Source of the DNA: Candidatus Fervidifonticultor secundus
Lineage (GTDB): Bacteria; Sysuimicrobiota; Sysuimicrobiia; Sysuimicrobiales; Humicultoraceae
Direction: 5' to 3'
Length of the DNA stretch: 19,179 bases
NCBI GenBank assembly: GCA_031459385.1
Contig: JAVKIP010000033.1
Location: 1 to 19,179, forward strand
Below, piece after piece: positions 1 through 10,542 of this stretch (position 1 is the stretch's first letter; each line of letters opens with the position of its first letter). Position numbers and translations under genes: made by a program. Below the pieces are notes generated by a model. It made no database searches and was not told where the DNA came from. It saw only the letters and a program-made list of their open reading frames with translations.

Positions 1-384
1 CTCCAAGGGTATAACCCCGGGGTAAAGGCGGTGGTGCGGCGTCTGGCGGTGCAGGCCGCCGACGACGCGCTGCTCCTCGAGACGCTGGCCGCTGAGGCCG
101 CCCGCGGAGTGCTGCGGCGCCGGCGCAGCCGCGTGACGATCGACGCGGCCGCACTGTGCGCGCTGCCTGCGGCGTTGCAGCGCCGGGTGATCTACCAGGC
201 GCTGCGCAGCGCCCGGGGGAACATCCGCGGCCTGGCGTTCGTTCATGTGGAACGTGTGCGGCGCATGGCGCGGGCCGGCCGCCCAGGGGAGCGTGCCGAC
301 CTCCCCGGGCTCGTCGCCGAACGGACCGCCCGTGACGTGACGGTGCGCCGCGTGCACCGCCGGCACCGCCGGACCGGAACATAG
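1..384 (+). CDS. tilS: tRNA(Ile)-lysidine synthetase, C-terminal part (5' truncated by window)
   Basis: Frame 1 is open from base 1: LQGYNPGVKAVVRRLA...LCALPAALQRRVIYQAL...LAFVHVERV...DLPG, resembling the TilS helical connector and CTD1; lies directly upstream of ftsH as in the conserved tilS-(hpt)-ftsH order; TAG at 382-384. Confidence 0.8.
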   Translation, partial: LQGYNPGVKAVVRRLAVQAADDALLLETLAAEAARGVLRRRRSRVTIDAAALCALPAALQRRVIYQALRSARGNIRGLAFVHVERVRRMARAGRPGERADLPGLVAERTARDVTVRRVHRRHRRTGT

Positions 385-390
385 AGATGA

Positions 391-399
391 TGCTATAAT
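391..399 (+). promoter_or_regulatory. Extended -10 sigma70/SigA-type promoter for ftsH (TGcTATAAT)
   Basis: TG at 391-392 and perfect TATAAT at 394-399 in a very GC-rich background; GGAGG/GGAG at 427-437 precedes the GTG at 444. Confidence 0.75.
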
Positions 400-443
400 C
401 GAAGCGCAGCGCGCGACGGCGCGCACGGAGGACGGAGCCGCTC

Positions 444-3692
<3,249 letters not shown>

Positions 3693-3724
3693 ATCAGACG
3701 CATCAGCCCCGGGGTGGAGTGGCG

Positions 3725-4327
3725 ATGCCGCGAACGATCGAGGTGCCCGAGTACGTCATCCAGGACGCCGTCACCGTGCCCGCCGCGACCACGGCGCTGG
3801 TTGTGGTCGACATGCAGAACGACTTCGTCACCCCCGGCGGGGCCCTGGTGGTGCCCGATGCCGCCAGGACCGTGCCGGTCATCGCCGCGCTGTTGGCCCG
3901 CGCGCGCAGCGCAGGCGTGCGGGTGTTCTACACACAGGACACCCATGCGGAGGGCGACCCCGAATTCCCCATCTGGGGCGTGCACTGTTCCGAAGGCACC
4001 TGGGGCTGGCAGATCGTCGACGCTCTGGCCCCGCAACCGGGAGACCGCGTGGTGCGCAAGCTCCGCTACGATGGGTTCTTCGGGACGTCCCTCGACCATG
4101 AGCTGCGGCTGGCCGGCGCGCAGACCCTGGTGGTGTGTGGCACCGTGGCCAACATCTGCGTGCTGCACACCGCCGGCAGCGCCGCGCTCCGCGGCTATCG
4201 GGTCGTCGTACCAGTAGACGCTGTCTCGGCTCTCACCCCGTTCGATCTCGAAGCGGCTCTGCGGCAGGTGCACTTCCTCTACCGCGGGACACTGGTCCAC
4301 GCCTCGGGGCTGACCTTCGCACCCTGA
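3725..4327 (+). CDS. Cysteine hydrolase, isochorismatase family, nicotinamidase (PncA)-like (200 aa)
   Basis: VVDMQNDF, TQDTH...WGVHC metal-binding pattern, RKLRYDGFFGTSL, GTVANICVLHTA with the catalytic Cys; ATG 3725 preceded by GGAG; the longer track ORF from 3443 overlaps ftsH and was trimmed. Confidence 0.88.
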   Translation: MPRTIEVPEYVIQDAVTVPAATTALVVVDMQNDFVTPGGALVVPDAARTVPVIAALLARARSAGVRVFYTQDTHAEGDPEFPIWGVHCSEGTWGWQIVDALAPQPGDRVVRKLRYDGFFGTSLDHELRLAGAQTLVVCGTVANICVLHTAGSAALRGYRVVVPVDAVSALTPFDLEAALRQVHFLYRGTLVHASGLTFAP

Positions 4328-4417
4328 GGCCGGCCCCGCTGCCCGCGCGGGTCGCCCTGCGGGGAGGGGTGCCTCCCGGCGGGTGGAATATTTCTGGGGT
4401 CTGACTGGAGGTGGCAG

Positions 4418-4900
4418 GTGACGGGTGTGCGGTCCAAGAGCCTGACGCGCAAGACCGGCATCAACGTCGTCCCCATTGCCATCTACGTGGCGGTGGCCGT
4501 GCTGGTGACCGGCGGGATGTACGCGTGGGATCTGAGCTATCGCCGGCAGCAGGAGGCGCGGCGGCGGCCGCCCGAGCCCGAGGTCCTGGCCAAGAACCTC
4601 GTGGAGAACATCGTGGGCGCCAACACCGTGCGCGACGTCACGGTCGACCGCGAGAAGAAGACCGTGGCGGTGACGTTCACGTCGGTGCTCTTCAAGCCCG
4701 AGAAGCCCAAGAAGGAGCTCCGAGACCTGCTGGAGGCGGAGGCCACCCTGGCCACCCAGGCGATCCTGAGCCAGATGCGCGAGTACACCGGGGTGACGGC
4801 CACCCTGGTCCACGACGGGACCTCGCTGGCCACCGCGGTCGCGACCCGCGGCACAGAGAAGGTGACCATGACCTACCTGGACGCGCGCCTCAAAGACTGA
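4418..4900 (+). CDS. Hypothetical single-pass membrane protein (160 aa)
   Basis: GGAGGT RBS at 4407-4412 before GTG; basic N-terminus then hydrophobic INVVPIAIYVAVAVLVTGGMYAW; GC3-rich codon usage like neighbouring genes. Confidence 0.8.
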   Translation: MTGVRSKSLTRKTGINVVPIAIYVAVAVLVTGGMYAWDLSYRRQQEARRRPPEPEVLAKNLVENIVGANTVRDVTVDREKKTVAVTFTSVLFKPEKPKKELRDLLEAEATLATQAILSQMREYTGVTATLVHDGTSLATAVATRGTEKVTMTYLDARLKD

Positions 4901-4919
4901 CCCCCGCGCGGAGGAGTCG

Positions 4920-5291
4920 ATGTACGCGCTGAACTTCTATTCGTCGCTATTCGCGGAGGCGCTGCGCACGGGCCGGAAGACGGTGACCATCCGGCTCGGC
5001 AACAAGACGGATAAGTACCACGACGGGCAGGTGGTGTGGGTCACCGTCGGCCGCCGCTTCGGCACCCGGCGCAAGATCTTCCCGGCGATCATCGATCGCG
5101 TGGAGGTGAAGCGCGTGGCAGAGGTGACCCCCCGCGAGATCGAGCGCGACAACCCGGAGCTGCGGCGGCACGAAGAGCTCATGGAGTTCCTCTCGAAGAT
5201 CTACGGCCGGCCCGTGTCGCTGGACGACGAGGTGTCGGTCATCCACTTCTCCCGGATCGAGGAGGGCACCGGCATCGGCGGTGACGCCTGA
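4920..5291 (+). CDS. ASCH domain-containing protein (123 aa)
   Basis: N-terminal ALRTGRKTVTIR matches the ASCH GxKxxTxR signature; C-terminal IYG...VSVIHF is typical; GGAGGAG RBS just upstream. Confidence 0.85.
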   Translation: MYALNFYSSLFAEALRTGRKTVTIRLGNKTDKYHDGQVVWVTVGRRFGTRRKIFPAIIDRVEVKRVAEVTPREIERDNPELRRHEELMEFLSKIYGRPVSLDDEVSVIHFSRIEEGTGIGGDA

Positions 5292-5893
5292 GGCGTCGCT
5301 GGCTGCCAGCCGGCTCCGTCGGGGATGAGGAGCACGGCGGGCGGGAGCGGACCCGTCAGGTAGAGCTGGGGACCAGCGCGCCAGAAGACGATGCCGGCGT
5401 CGTGCGCCGGACGCGCACGCACCGCCACCACGACCACGTCGTCGGCGTGCCGCCGGGCTACTGCCGCGGCCTCAGCCGGTGTCGTGGCCAGGTGAACGTA
5501 CTGCCGGGCCCCCGGGCGCAGCCCCGCCGCCCGGATCTCGGCGAGAGCCCCCCACGGCACGCCACAGTACAGCCACTCCGGCGGCAGGGCGGGTGTGCCG
5601 GGGGCCTGGATCTGCACGGTGTGACCGTAGCGCGCGCGGATGCGCCCGTCGCGGAGTTCGTACCGGCGCGGGTCGGCGGCGGCGACGCTGGCGACCTCAC
5701 CGGCCGTGATCTCCTCCCATCCCGGCTGCGCCGCCAGTGCCCGGGCCAGCGCGCCGAGTTCCACGAAGCCCTCGGCGTCCAGCGTCAGGCCTACGTCCTC
5801 GGGCTTGTGGCGGAGTACCCGCGCCAGCAGCCGGCTCAGGCGGAGCCGGCGCAGTGCCGACCGTCTGGCTCCCGCACCGCGCGTCGACGGCAT
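5201..5893 (-). CDS. kptA: RNA 2'-phosphotransferase KptA/Tpt1 family protein (230 aa), divergent NAD lobe
   Basis: C-terminal part of track ORF 5201..8428(-), from MPSTR at 5893: LSRLLARVLRHKP..GLTLDAEGFV, DPRRYE, IRARYGH, RQYVHL are Tpt1 hallmarks; start codon uncertain. Confidence 0.85.
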   Translation of the reverse strand: MPSTRGAGARRSALRRLRLSRLLARVLRHKPEDVGLTLDAEGFVELGALARALAAQPGWEEITAGEVASVAAADPRRYELRDGRIRARYGHTVQIQAPGTPALPPEWLYCGVPWGALAEIRAAGLRPGARQYVHLATTPAEAAAVARRHADDVVVVAVRARPAHDAGIVFWRAGPQLYLTGPLPPAVLLIPDGAGWQPATPQASPPMPVPSSIREKWMTDTSSSSDTGRP

Positions 5894-5980
5894 GAACGTC
5901 CCTGCGGGGAGGGTTGGCCATCGTGCCGAGGAGAACCTGCCGTCGCGACGAACTGCACGCGCGAGGTGACGGAGAGGACG

Positions 5981-6886
5981 GTGGACCCCGTGCCCGCCCG
6001 CCTGGTGGAGTGCGTCCCGAACGTCAGCGAGGGACGTCGACAGGAGGTCGTCGACGCCATCGTGCAGGCCGTGCGGGCGGTGGACGGCGTCCGCGTGCTC
6101 CACGTGCACTCCGACCCCAGTCACAATCGCAGCGTGATTACCTTTGCGGGCGCTGCCGATGCCGTCGGCCGGGCCGCGCTGGCCCTGGCCCGCGCCGCCG
6201 TGGAGCGCATCGACCTGCGCACCCACCGCGGCGAGCACCCGCGGATCGGTGCCGTAGACGTCATCCCGTTCGTGCCCGTCGGTGAGACGTCTATGGAGGA
6301 GTGCGTGGCGCTGGCGCGCCAGGTAGGACAGGAGATCTGGGGGACGCTGCGCGTGCCCGTGTACTTCTACGCCCAGGCCGCCACGGCGCCCCACCGGATC
6401 CGGCTGCCGGAGATCCGCAAGGGCGAGTTCGAAGGACTGGGCGAGAAGATGGCGCAGGCGGACTGGGCGCCGGACGTGGGCGACCCGCGACCGCACCCTT
6501 CGGCCGGCGCGGTGGCGGTCGGGGCGCGGCGGCCGCTGGTCGCCTACAACATCAACCTCCACACCGCCGACGTGGGCGTGGCGCGCGCCGTCGCCCGCGC
6601 CGTCCGCGAGTCGGGCGGTGGGCTCGTAAACGTGCAGGCCATGGGTGTGATGGCGGCCTCGGGGCAGGCGCAGGTGTCCATCAACGTCCTGGACCCGATG
6701 CAGACCCCGCTGCACCGGGTGTTCGACCTGGTCCGCCTCGAGGCCGACCGCCACGGCGTGGCCGTTGCGGAGAGCGAGATCGTCGGGCTGGTGCCGCTGG
6801 ACGCCCTGGTCGATGTGGCGCGCGCCTACCTGCGCCTCTGGCGCTTCGAGCGCAGCCAGGTGCTTGAGGTGCAGTTGATGGAGTGA
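5981..6886 (+). CDS. ftcD: Glutamate formiminotransferase (FT domain only, 301 aa)
   Basis: LVECVPNVSEGR, HSDPSHNRSVIT, IDLRTHRGEHPRIGAVDVIPFVP, AVGARRPLVAYN, ESEIVGLVP; GGAGAGG at 5971-5977 before GTG 5981 (GTG 5990 is an alternative). Confidence 0.92.
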   Translation: MDPVPARLVECVPNVSEGRRQEVVDAIVQAVRAVDGVRVLHVHSDPSHNRSVITFAGAADAVGRAALALARAAVERIDLRTHRGEHPRIGAVDVIPFVPVGETSMEECVALARQVGQEIWGTLRVPVYFYAQAATAPHRIRLPEIRKGEFEGLGEKMAQADWAPDVGDPRPHPSAGAVAVGARRPLVAYNINLHTADVGVARAVARAVRESGGGLVNVQAMGVMAASGQAQVSINVLDPMQTPLHRVFDLVRLEADRHGVAVAESEIVGLVPLDALVDVARAYLRLWRFERSQVLEVQLME

Positions 6887-6889
6887 GCC

Positions 6890-7720
6890 GTGACCGCTGG
6901 ACCGTCTGATGCCAGGGCAGGGCCCGCGCAGGACCTGGCGGCCACCGGGCTGGCCTGGGACTTGCCCACGGCTGCCGCGGCCGGTCTCGGACGCCCGCTG
7001 GTGCGCGTCGGGGAGACCGAGTCGACCAACGACCTGGCACGGCGCCTGGCGGACGCCGGGCTGCCCGAGGGTACGACCGTGGTCGCGGTCCGGCAGACCC
7101 GCGGGCGGGGCCGCCTGGGCCGCGCCTGGGCGTCGCCGGAAGGCGGGCTGTGGTGCTCGGTGCTGCTCCGCCCTCCTCCCGGGGTCGCCTGGACGCTGCT
7201 GAGCCTGGCCACGGCGCTCGCCGTGGCGGAAGCGGTGGAGGCCGTCGGCGGAGTGCGTGCCAGCCTGCGGTGGCCGAACGACGTCCTGGTGCACGGCAGG
7301 AAGGTCTCTGGCATCCTGCTCGAGGCCACGGGGAGCGCGCTGGTCGTCGGCGTCGGGATCAACGCCAACGTGCGCCTGGACGCGCTGCCGCCGGAGGTGC
7401 GCGCGGGGGCGACGTCCCTCGCCGTCGCGGCCGGTCGGCCCGTGGACCTGGAAGCTCTGCGCGTGGCATTCCTGCGGCGGCTCGCCGTCTGGTACGATGC
7501 GTGGAGGGCGGCAGCAGACGTCCCCGGTGCGTGGGCCGCGCGCGACGCGCTGGCCGGGCGACGCGTGGTGGTCCGCACATCGGGCGAGGTCGTCGAGGGC
7601 ACCGGGGAGGGTGTGGCAGACGATGGCGCACTGCGCGTGCGTCTGGCGAGCGGCGAGGTCCGGCGCGTGCTCGCGGGCGATCTCGTGGGACTGGAGGTAC
7701 GCGGCGCGCACGGGCCGTGA
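6890..7720 (+). CDS. birA: Biotin--[acetyl-CoA-carboxylase] ligase without an N-terminal HTH
   Basis: STND, QTRGRGRLGRAWASP, RWPNDV, KVSGILLE, GVGINAN and a C-terminal DDGALRV domain. Confidence 0.92.
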   Translation: MTAGPSDARAGPAQDLAATGLAWDLPTAAAAGLGRPLVRVGETESTNDLARRLADAGLPEGTTVVAVRQTRGRGRLGRAWASPEGGLWCSVLLRPPPGVAWTLLSLATALAVAEAVEAVGGVRASLRWPNDVLVHGRKVSGILLEATGSALVVGVGINANVRLDALPPEVRAGATSLAVAAGRPVDLEALRVAFLRRLAVWYDAWRAAADVPGAWAARDALAGRRVVVRTSGEVVEGTGEGVADDGALRVRLASGEVRRVLAGDLVGLEVRGAHGP

Positions 7721-7729
7721 CGGGATCGG

Positions 7730-8728
7730 ATGCCGCCGGGCCCCCGCATGATCCGGACGGCCGTCGAGGGCAGCCCGGCGTCTGGTGACCCCGATCGCCT
7801 GCGGCGCGTCGTCAGCGCGAGCCTGGGCTCCAGCCGGGGCAATCACCGCTTCGAGACCACGCTGCTCGGCCGGCGGTTCGTCATCGAGCGCATCGGCACC
7901 GACGGCGACTACCGGGCCTGGTGCCGGCTGCTCCGCGACCTGGATGGCCGGGTGGACGCCATCGGGCTCGGCGGCATCGACCTGGCGCTGGTGGCCGGCA
8001 GCCGCCGCTATCCCATCCGGGACGCGGTCCGCGCTGTGGCCGGACTGCGCACGCCGGTCGTCGACGGTTGGGGGATCAAGAACAGCTGGGAGCGGCACGT
8101 CATCCACCAGGTGCTGCCGCAGGCCCTGGGCACCCCGCTGCGCGGCCGGCGGGTGCTCCTGGTCTCCTCCGTGGACCGGTACGGCATGGCCGAGGCGTTC
8201 ACCGAGGCCGGCGCCGACGTGATCTTCGGCGACTTCATGTTCGGCCTGGGGCTGCCGCTCCCGCTGCGCGGGCTGCGGACGGTGCAGGTGCTGGCGGCTG
8301 TGCTCCTGCCGGTGCTCACGCGGGGGCCCTTCACATGGCTCTACCCCACCGGAGCCAGGCAGCACCGTAGCACCCCGCGCTTCGGCGGCGCCTACCGGTG
8401 GGCCGAGGTCATCGCCGGTGACTTTCACCTCATCAGGCGGTACATGCCGCCGCGGCTGCCCGGGAAGGTCATTTTGACCAACACCGTGACCGCTGCGGAC
8501 GTCGAGGACCTCCGGCGCCGTGACGTCGCGCTGCTGGTCACGACGACTCCGGAGATGGGCGGCCGGTCGTTTGGCACCAACGTCATCGAGGCCGTGCTGG
8601 TGGCAGCGGCGGAACGCCGACCGGAGGGGCTGCGCCCGGAGGACTACCTAGCCTGGATGCAGCGCATCGGCTTCCAGCCCCGCGTCGAGCGGTTCGCGCC
8701 GGCGTCCTGGGCCGCCGCTCGCGCGTAG
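7730..8728 (+). CDS. Conserved hypothetical protein (resembles a family often loosely annotated 'quinate 5-dehydrogenase'); start uncertain
   Basis: RRVVSASLGSS, IERIGTDGD, LDGRVDAIGLGGIDL, VDRYGMA, WLYPTG, IAGDFH, ILTNT, GRSFGTNVIEA look like conserved blocks; fills the gap between birA and era; ATG 7748 is an alternative start. Confidence 0.75.
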   Translation: MPPGPRMIRTAVEGSPASGDPDRLRRVVSASLGSSRGNHRFETTLLGRRFVIERIGTDGDYRAWCRLLRDLDGRVDAIGLGGIDLALVAGSRRYPIRDAVRAVAGLRTPVVDGWGIKNSWERHVIHQVLPQALGTPLRGRRVLLVSSVDRYGMAEAFTEAGADVIFGDFMFGLGLPLPLRGLRTVQVLAAVLLPVLTRGPFTWLYPTGARQHRSTPRFGGAYRWAEVIAGDFHLIRRYMPPRLPGKVILTNTVTAADVEDLRRRDVALLVTTTPEMGGRSFGTNVIEAVLVAAAERRPEGLRPEDYLAWMQRIGFQPRVERFAPASWAAARA

Positions 8729-8736
8729 GCCCTACC

Positions 8737-9642
8737 GTGTCCGGCGACATCCCCGCCGTGCCGCACCGGTCGGGGTTCGTCGCCCTCGCGGGCCGTCCCA
8801 ACGTGGGCAAGTCCACCCTGTTCAACCGTCTGGTCGGTGCCCGGGTGGCGATCACCTCACCGGTGCCCCAGACGACGCGCACCGTCGCCCGCGGCATCCT
8901 GACGCGGCCCGACGCGCAGGTGGTGTTCCTGGATACCCCGGGGCTCCACGCGCCCCGCCACCGGCTGGGTGCCTGGATGGTGGAGCAGGCCCGTCGCGTC
9001 CTGGACGAGGTGGACCTGATCGCCTGGATCGTCGACGCCGCGGCCGGAGTGCGCGACGACGATCGCCTGGCGGCCAGAGCGTTGCGCGCGGCAGCGAAGC
9101 CGGTTGTGCTCGTGGTGAACAAGGTCGATGCCGCCGCCCCCGCGGCCGTCGAGGCCGTCGCCGCCGAGGCCGGAGCCCTGGTCCCGGTGGCCGTCACGTG
9201 CCGGCTGTCGGCCGAGCAGGGCCTGGGGGTCGCTGAGTTCCTCGACGTGGTGCTGGCGCGCCTGCCCGAGGGGCCGCCGTACTACCCCGCGGTCATGGTC
9301 ACGGACCAGCCGGAGCAGGTGCTGGTAGGCGAGCTGATCCGGGAGCAGATCATCCGGCATACTCGCGACGAGGTGCCGCACGTCGTGGCGGTAGAGGTCG
9401 AAGAGTTCGTCCAACGCAACGACGCGGCCGCGTACGTGCGGGCCACCGTGCACGTGGAGCGGCCCTCGCAGAAAAAGATCGTCATCGGCCGGGGCGGGCA
9501 GCGGCTCAAAGCCATCGGCACCGCCGCGCGGCGGGAGATCGAGACCCTGCTGGGTCGGCCGGTCTACCTCGATCTCTGGGTCACGGTGACCCCCGGATGG
9601 CGGGAGAAGCTGGCGTTCATCCGCGGATTCTACCCGGGGTGA
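8737..9642 (+). CDS. era: GTPase Era
   Basis: SGFVALAGRPNVGKST, QTTR, DTPG, NKVD, ELIREQI and KH domain IVIGRGGQRLKAIG. Confidence 0.96.
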   Translation: MSGDIPAVPHRSGFVALAGRPNVGKSTLFNRLVGARVAITSPVPQTTRTVARGILTRPDAQVVFLDTPGLHAPRHRLGAWMVEQARRVLDEVDLIAWIVDAAAGVRDDDRLAARALRAAAKPVVLVVNKVDAAAPAAVEAVAAEAGALVPVAVTCRLSAEQGLGVAEFLDVVLARLPEGPPYYPAVMVTDQPEQVLVGELIREQIIRHTRDEVPHVVAVEVEEFVQRNDAAAYVRATVHVERPSQKKIVIGRGGQRLKAIGTAARREIETLLGRPVYLDLWVTVTPGWREKLAFIRGFYPG

Positions 9643-9677
9643 GTGGCCGCCCGGCCCGGCGCCCAGGTACACCCAGC

Positions 9678-9706
9678 TTGACGCGCCCAGGCACCGCCGG
9701 TATACT
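9678..9706 (+). promoter_or_regulatory. sigma70/SigA-type promoter for greA
   Basis: TTGACG (9678-9683), 17-bp spacer, TATACT (9701-9706). Confidence 0.8.
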
Positions 9707-9777
9707 CCATGCCAGTCGCCAACCGACCGCCGGGCGCGCGTCCGGCGGTCGAGTCCATTGTATCGGCGGGCTGCAGC

Positions 9778-10284
9778 ATGAAGAACCCGAAGAATGCCAG
9801 GGTCAATGACGCCGAGAAGGAAACGATCCTGACCCGCGAGGGGCTCCGCAAGCTCGAGGAAGAACTCGAACACCTCAAGGGCACCCGGCGCAAGGAGGTG
9901 GCCGAGCGTATCAAGCAGGCCAAGGCGTTCGGCGACCTGGCGGAGAACGCGGAGTACGACGACGCGAAGAACGAGCAGGCCTTCATCGAGGGGCGCATCC
10001 TGCAGATCGAGCAGATGCTCCGCAGCGCCCGGGTCATCGACGACGCCGCCGTAGCGGCCGACGTGATCTCGGTAGGGTCCACGGTGCGGCTCAAAGACGT
10101 CGCGGCCGGCAGCGAGTTGACGTACACCATCGTGGGCTCGGCCGAGGCCGATCCCCTGGAGGACCGCATCAGCAACGAGTCGCCGGTGGGGCGGGCGCTG
10201 CTGGGCCGGAAGAAGGGCGAGACCATCACCATCCGTGTCCCGGCTGGCACGCTCAAGTACACGGTCCTCGACATCGTTCGGTAG
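9778..10284 (+). CDS. greA: Transcription elongation factor GreA
   Basis: LTREGLRKLEEEL, AKAFGDLAENAEYDDAK, YTIVGSAEADP..RISNESPVGRALLG; ATG 9778 chosen because ATG 9709 lies only 2 nt past the -10 box. Confidence 0.95.
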   Translation: MKNPKNARVNDAEKETILTREGLRKLEEELEHLKGTRRKEVAERIKQAKAFGDLAENAEYDDAKNEQAFIEGRILQIEQMLRSARVIDDAAVAADVISVGSTVRLKDVAAGSELTYTIVGSAEADPLEDRISNESPVGRALLGRKKGETITIRVPAGTLKYTVLDIVR

Positions 10285-10289
10285 TCCTC

Positions 10290-10328
10290 GGGCCGGGGTG
10301 GGGACCTGCCAGGTCCCGCCGTCGGCCC
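10290..10328 (+). terminator. GC-rich stem-loop downstream of greA (possible terminator or processing hairpin)
   Basis: gggccg (10290-10295) pairs with cggccc (10323-10328) and gggacct (10301-10307) with aggtccc (10311-10317); no good U-tract follows. Confidence 0.45.
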
Positions 10329-10510
10329 AATTGGGTACATCCTCTAGTGGATGCAGCTCCCCGGTGCCGGACTCGCCAGGGAATGCCGTCGCAGCGGGGT
10401 ACGTAGTACTGAAAGGGAACGGGGTCTCCATTCGTGTTCCGGGTCCGGGGAACCGGACCAGGCAGGAGTGCCGTTGGAGAAGACAGAATCGTGACGAGCG
10501 AGAAGCGGGG

Positions 10511-10536
10511 TTCCTCTCACCCTCGGAAGAGAGGAG
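10511..10536 (+). promoter_or_regulatory. Hairpin sequestering the clpC ribosome-binding site
   Basis: ttcctctc (10511-10518) pairs with gagaggag (10529-10536), which contains the SD GAGGAG. Confidence 0.5.
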
Positions 10537-10542
10537 CGTGCA

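Noticed and set aside
4328..4400. Short GC-rich inverted repeats after the hydrolase gene
   Set aside because: Stems of about 6 bp with no U-tract are expected by chance at this GC content.
5894..8428. N-terminal 845 aa of the 1075-aa minus-strand ORF
   Set aside because: Antisense to ftcD, birA and the hypothetical gene; only the part from 5893 down encodes KptA, so no large fusion is called.
9709..9777. Upstream ATG extending GreA to 191 aa
   Set aside because: It lies 2 nt after the -10 box, upstream of the likely TSS, and the extension has no GreA similarity.
10285..10542. CIRCE (HrcA) or CtsR operator before clpC
   Set aside because: Only a GAGTGC half-match near 10466; no TTAGCACTC arm and no CtsR heptad repeats seen.
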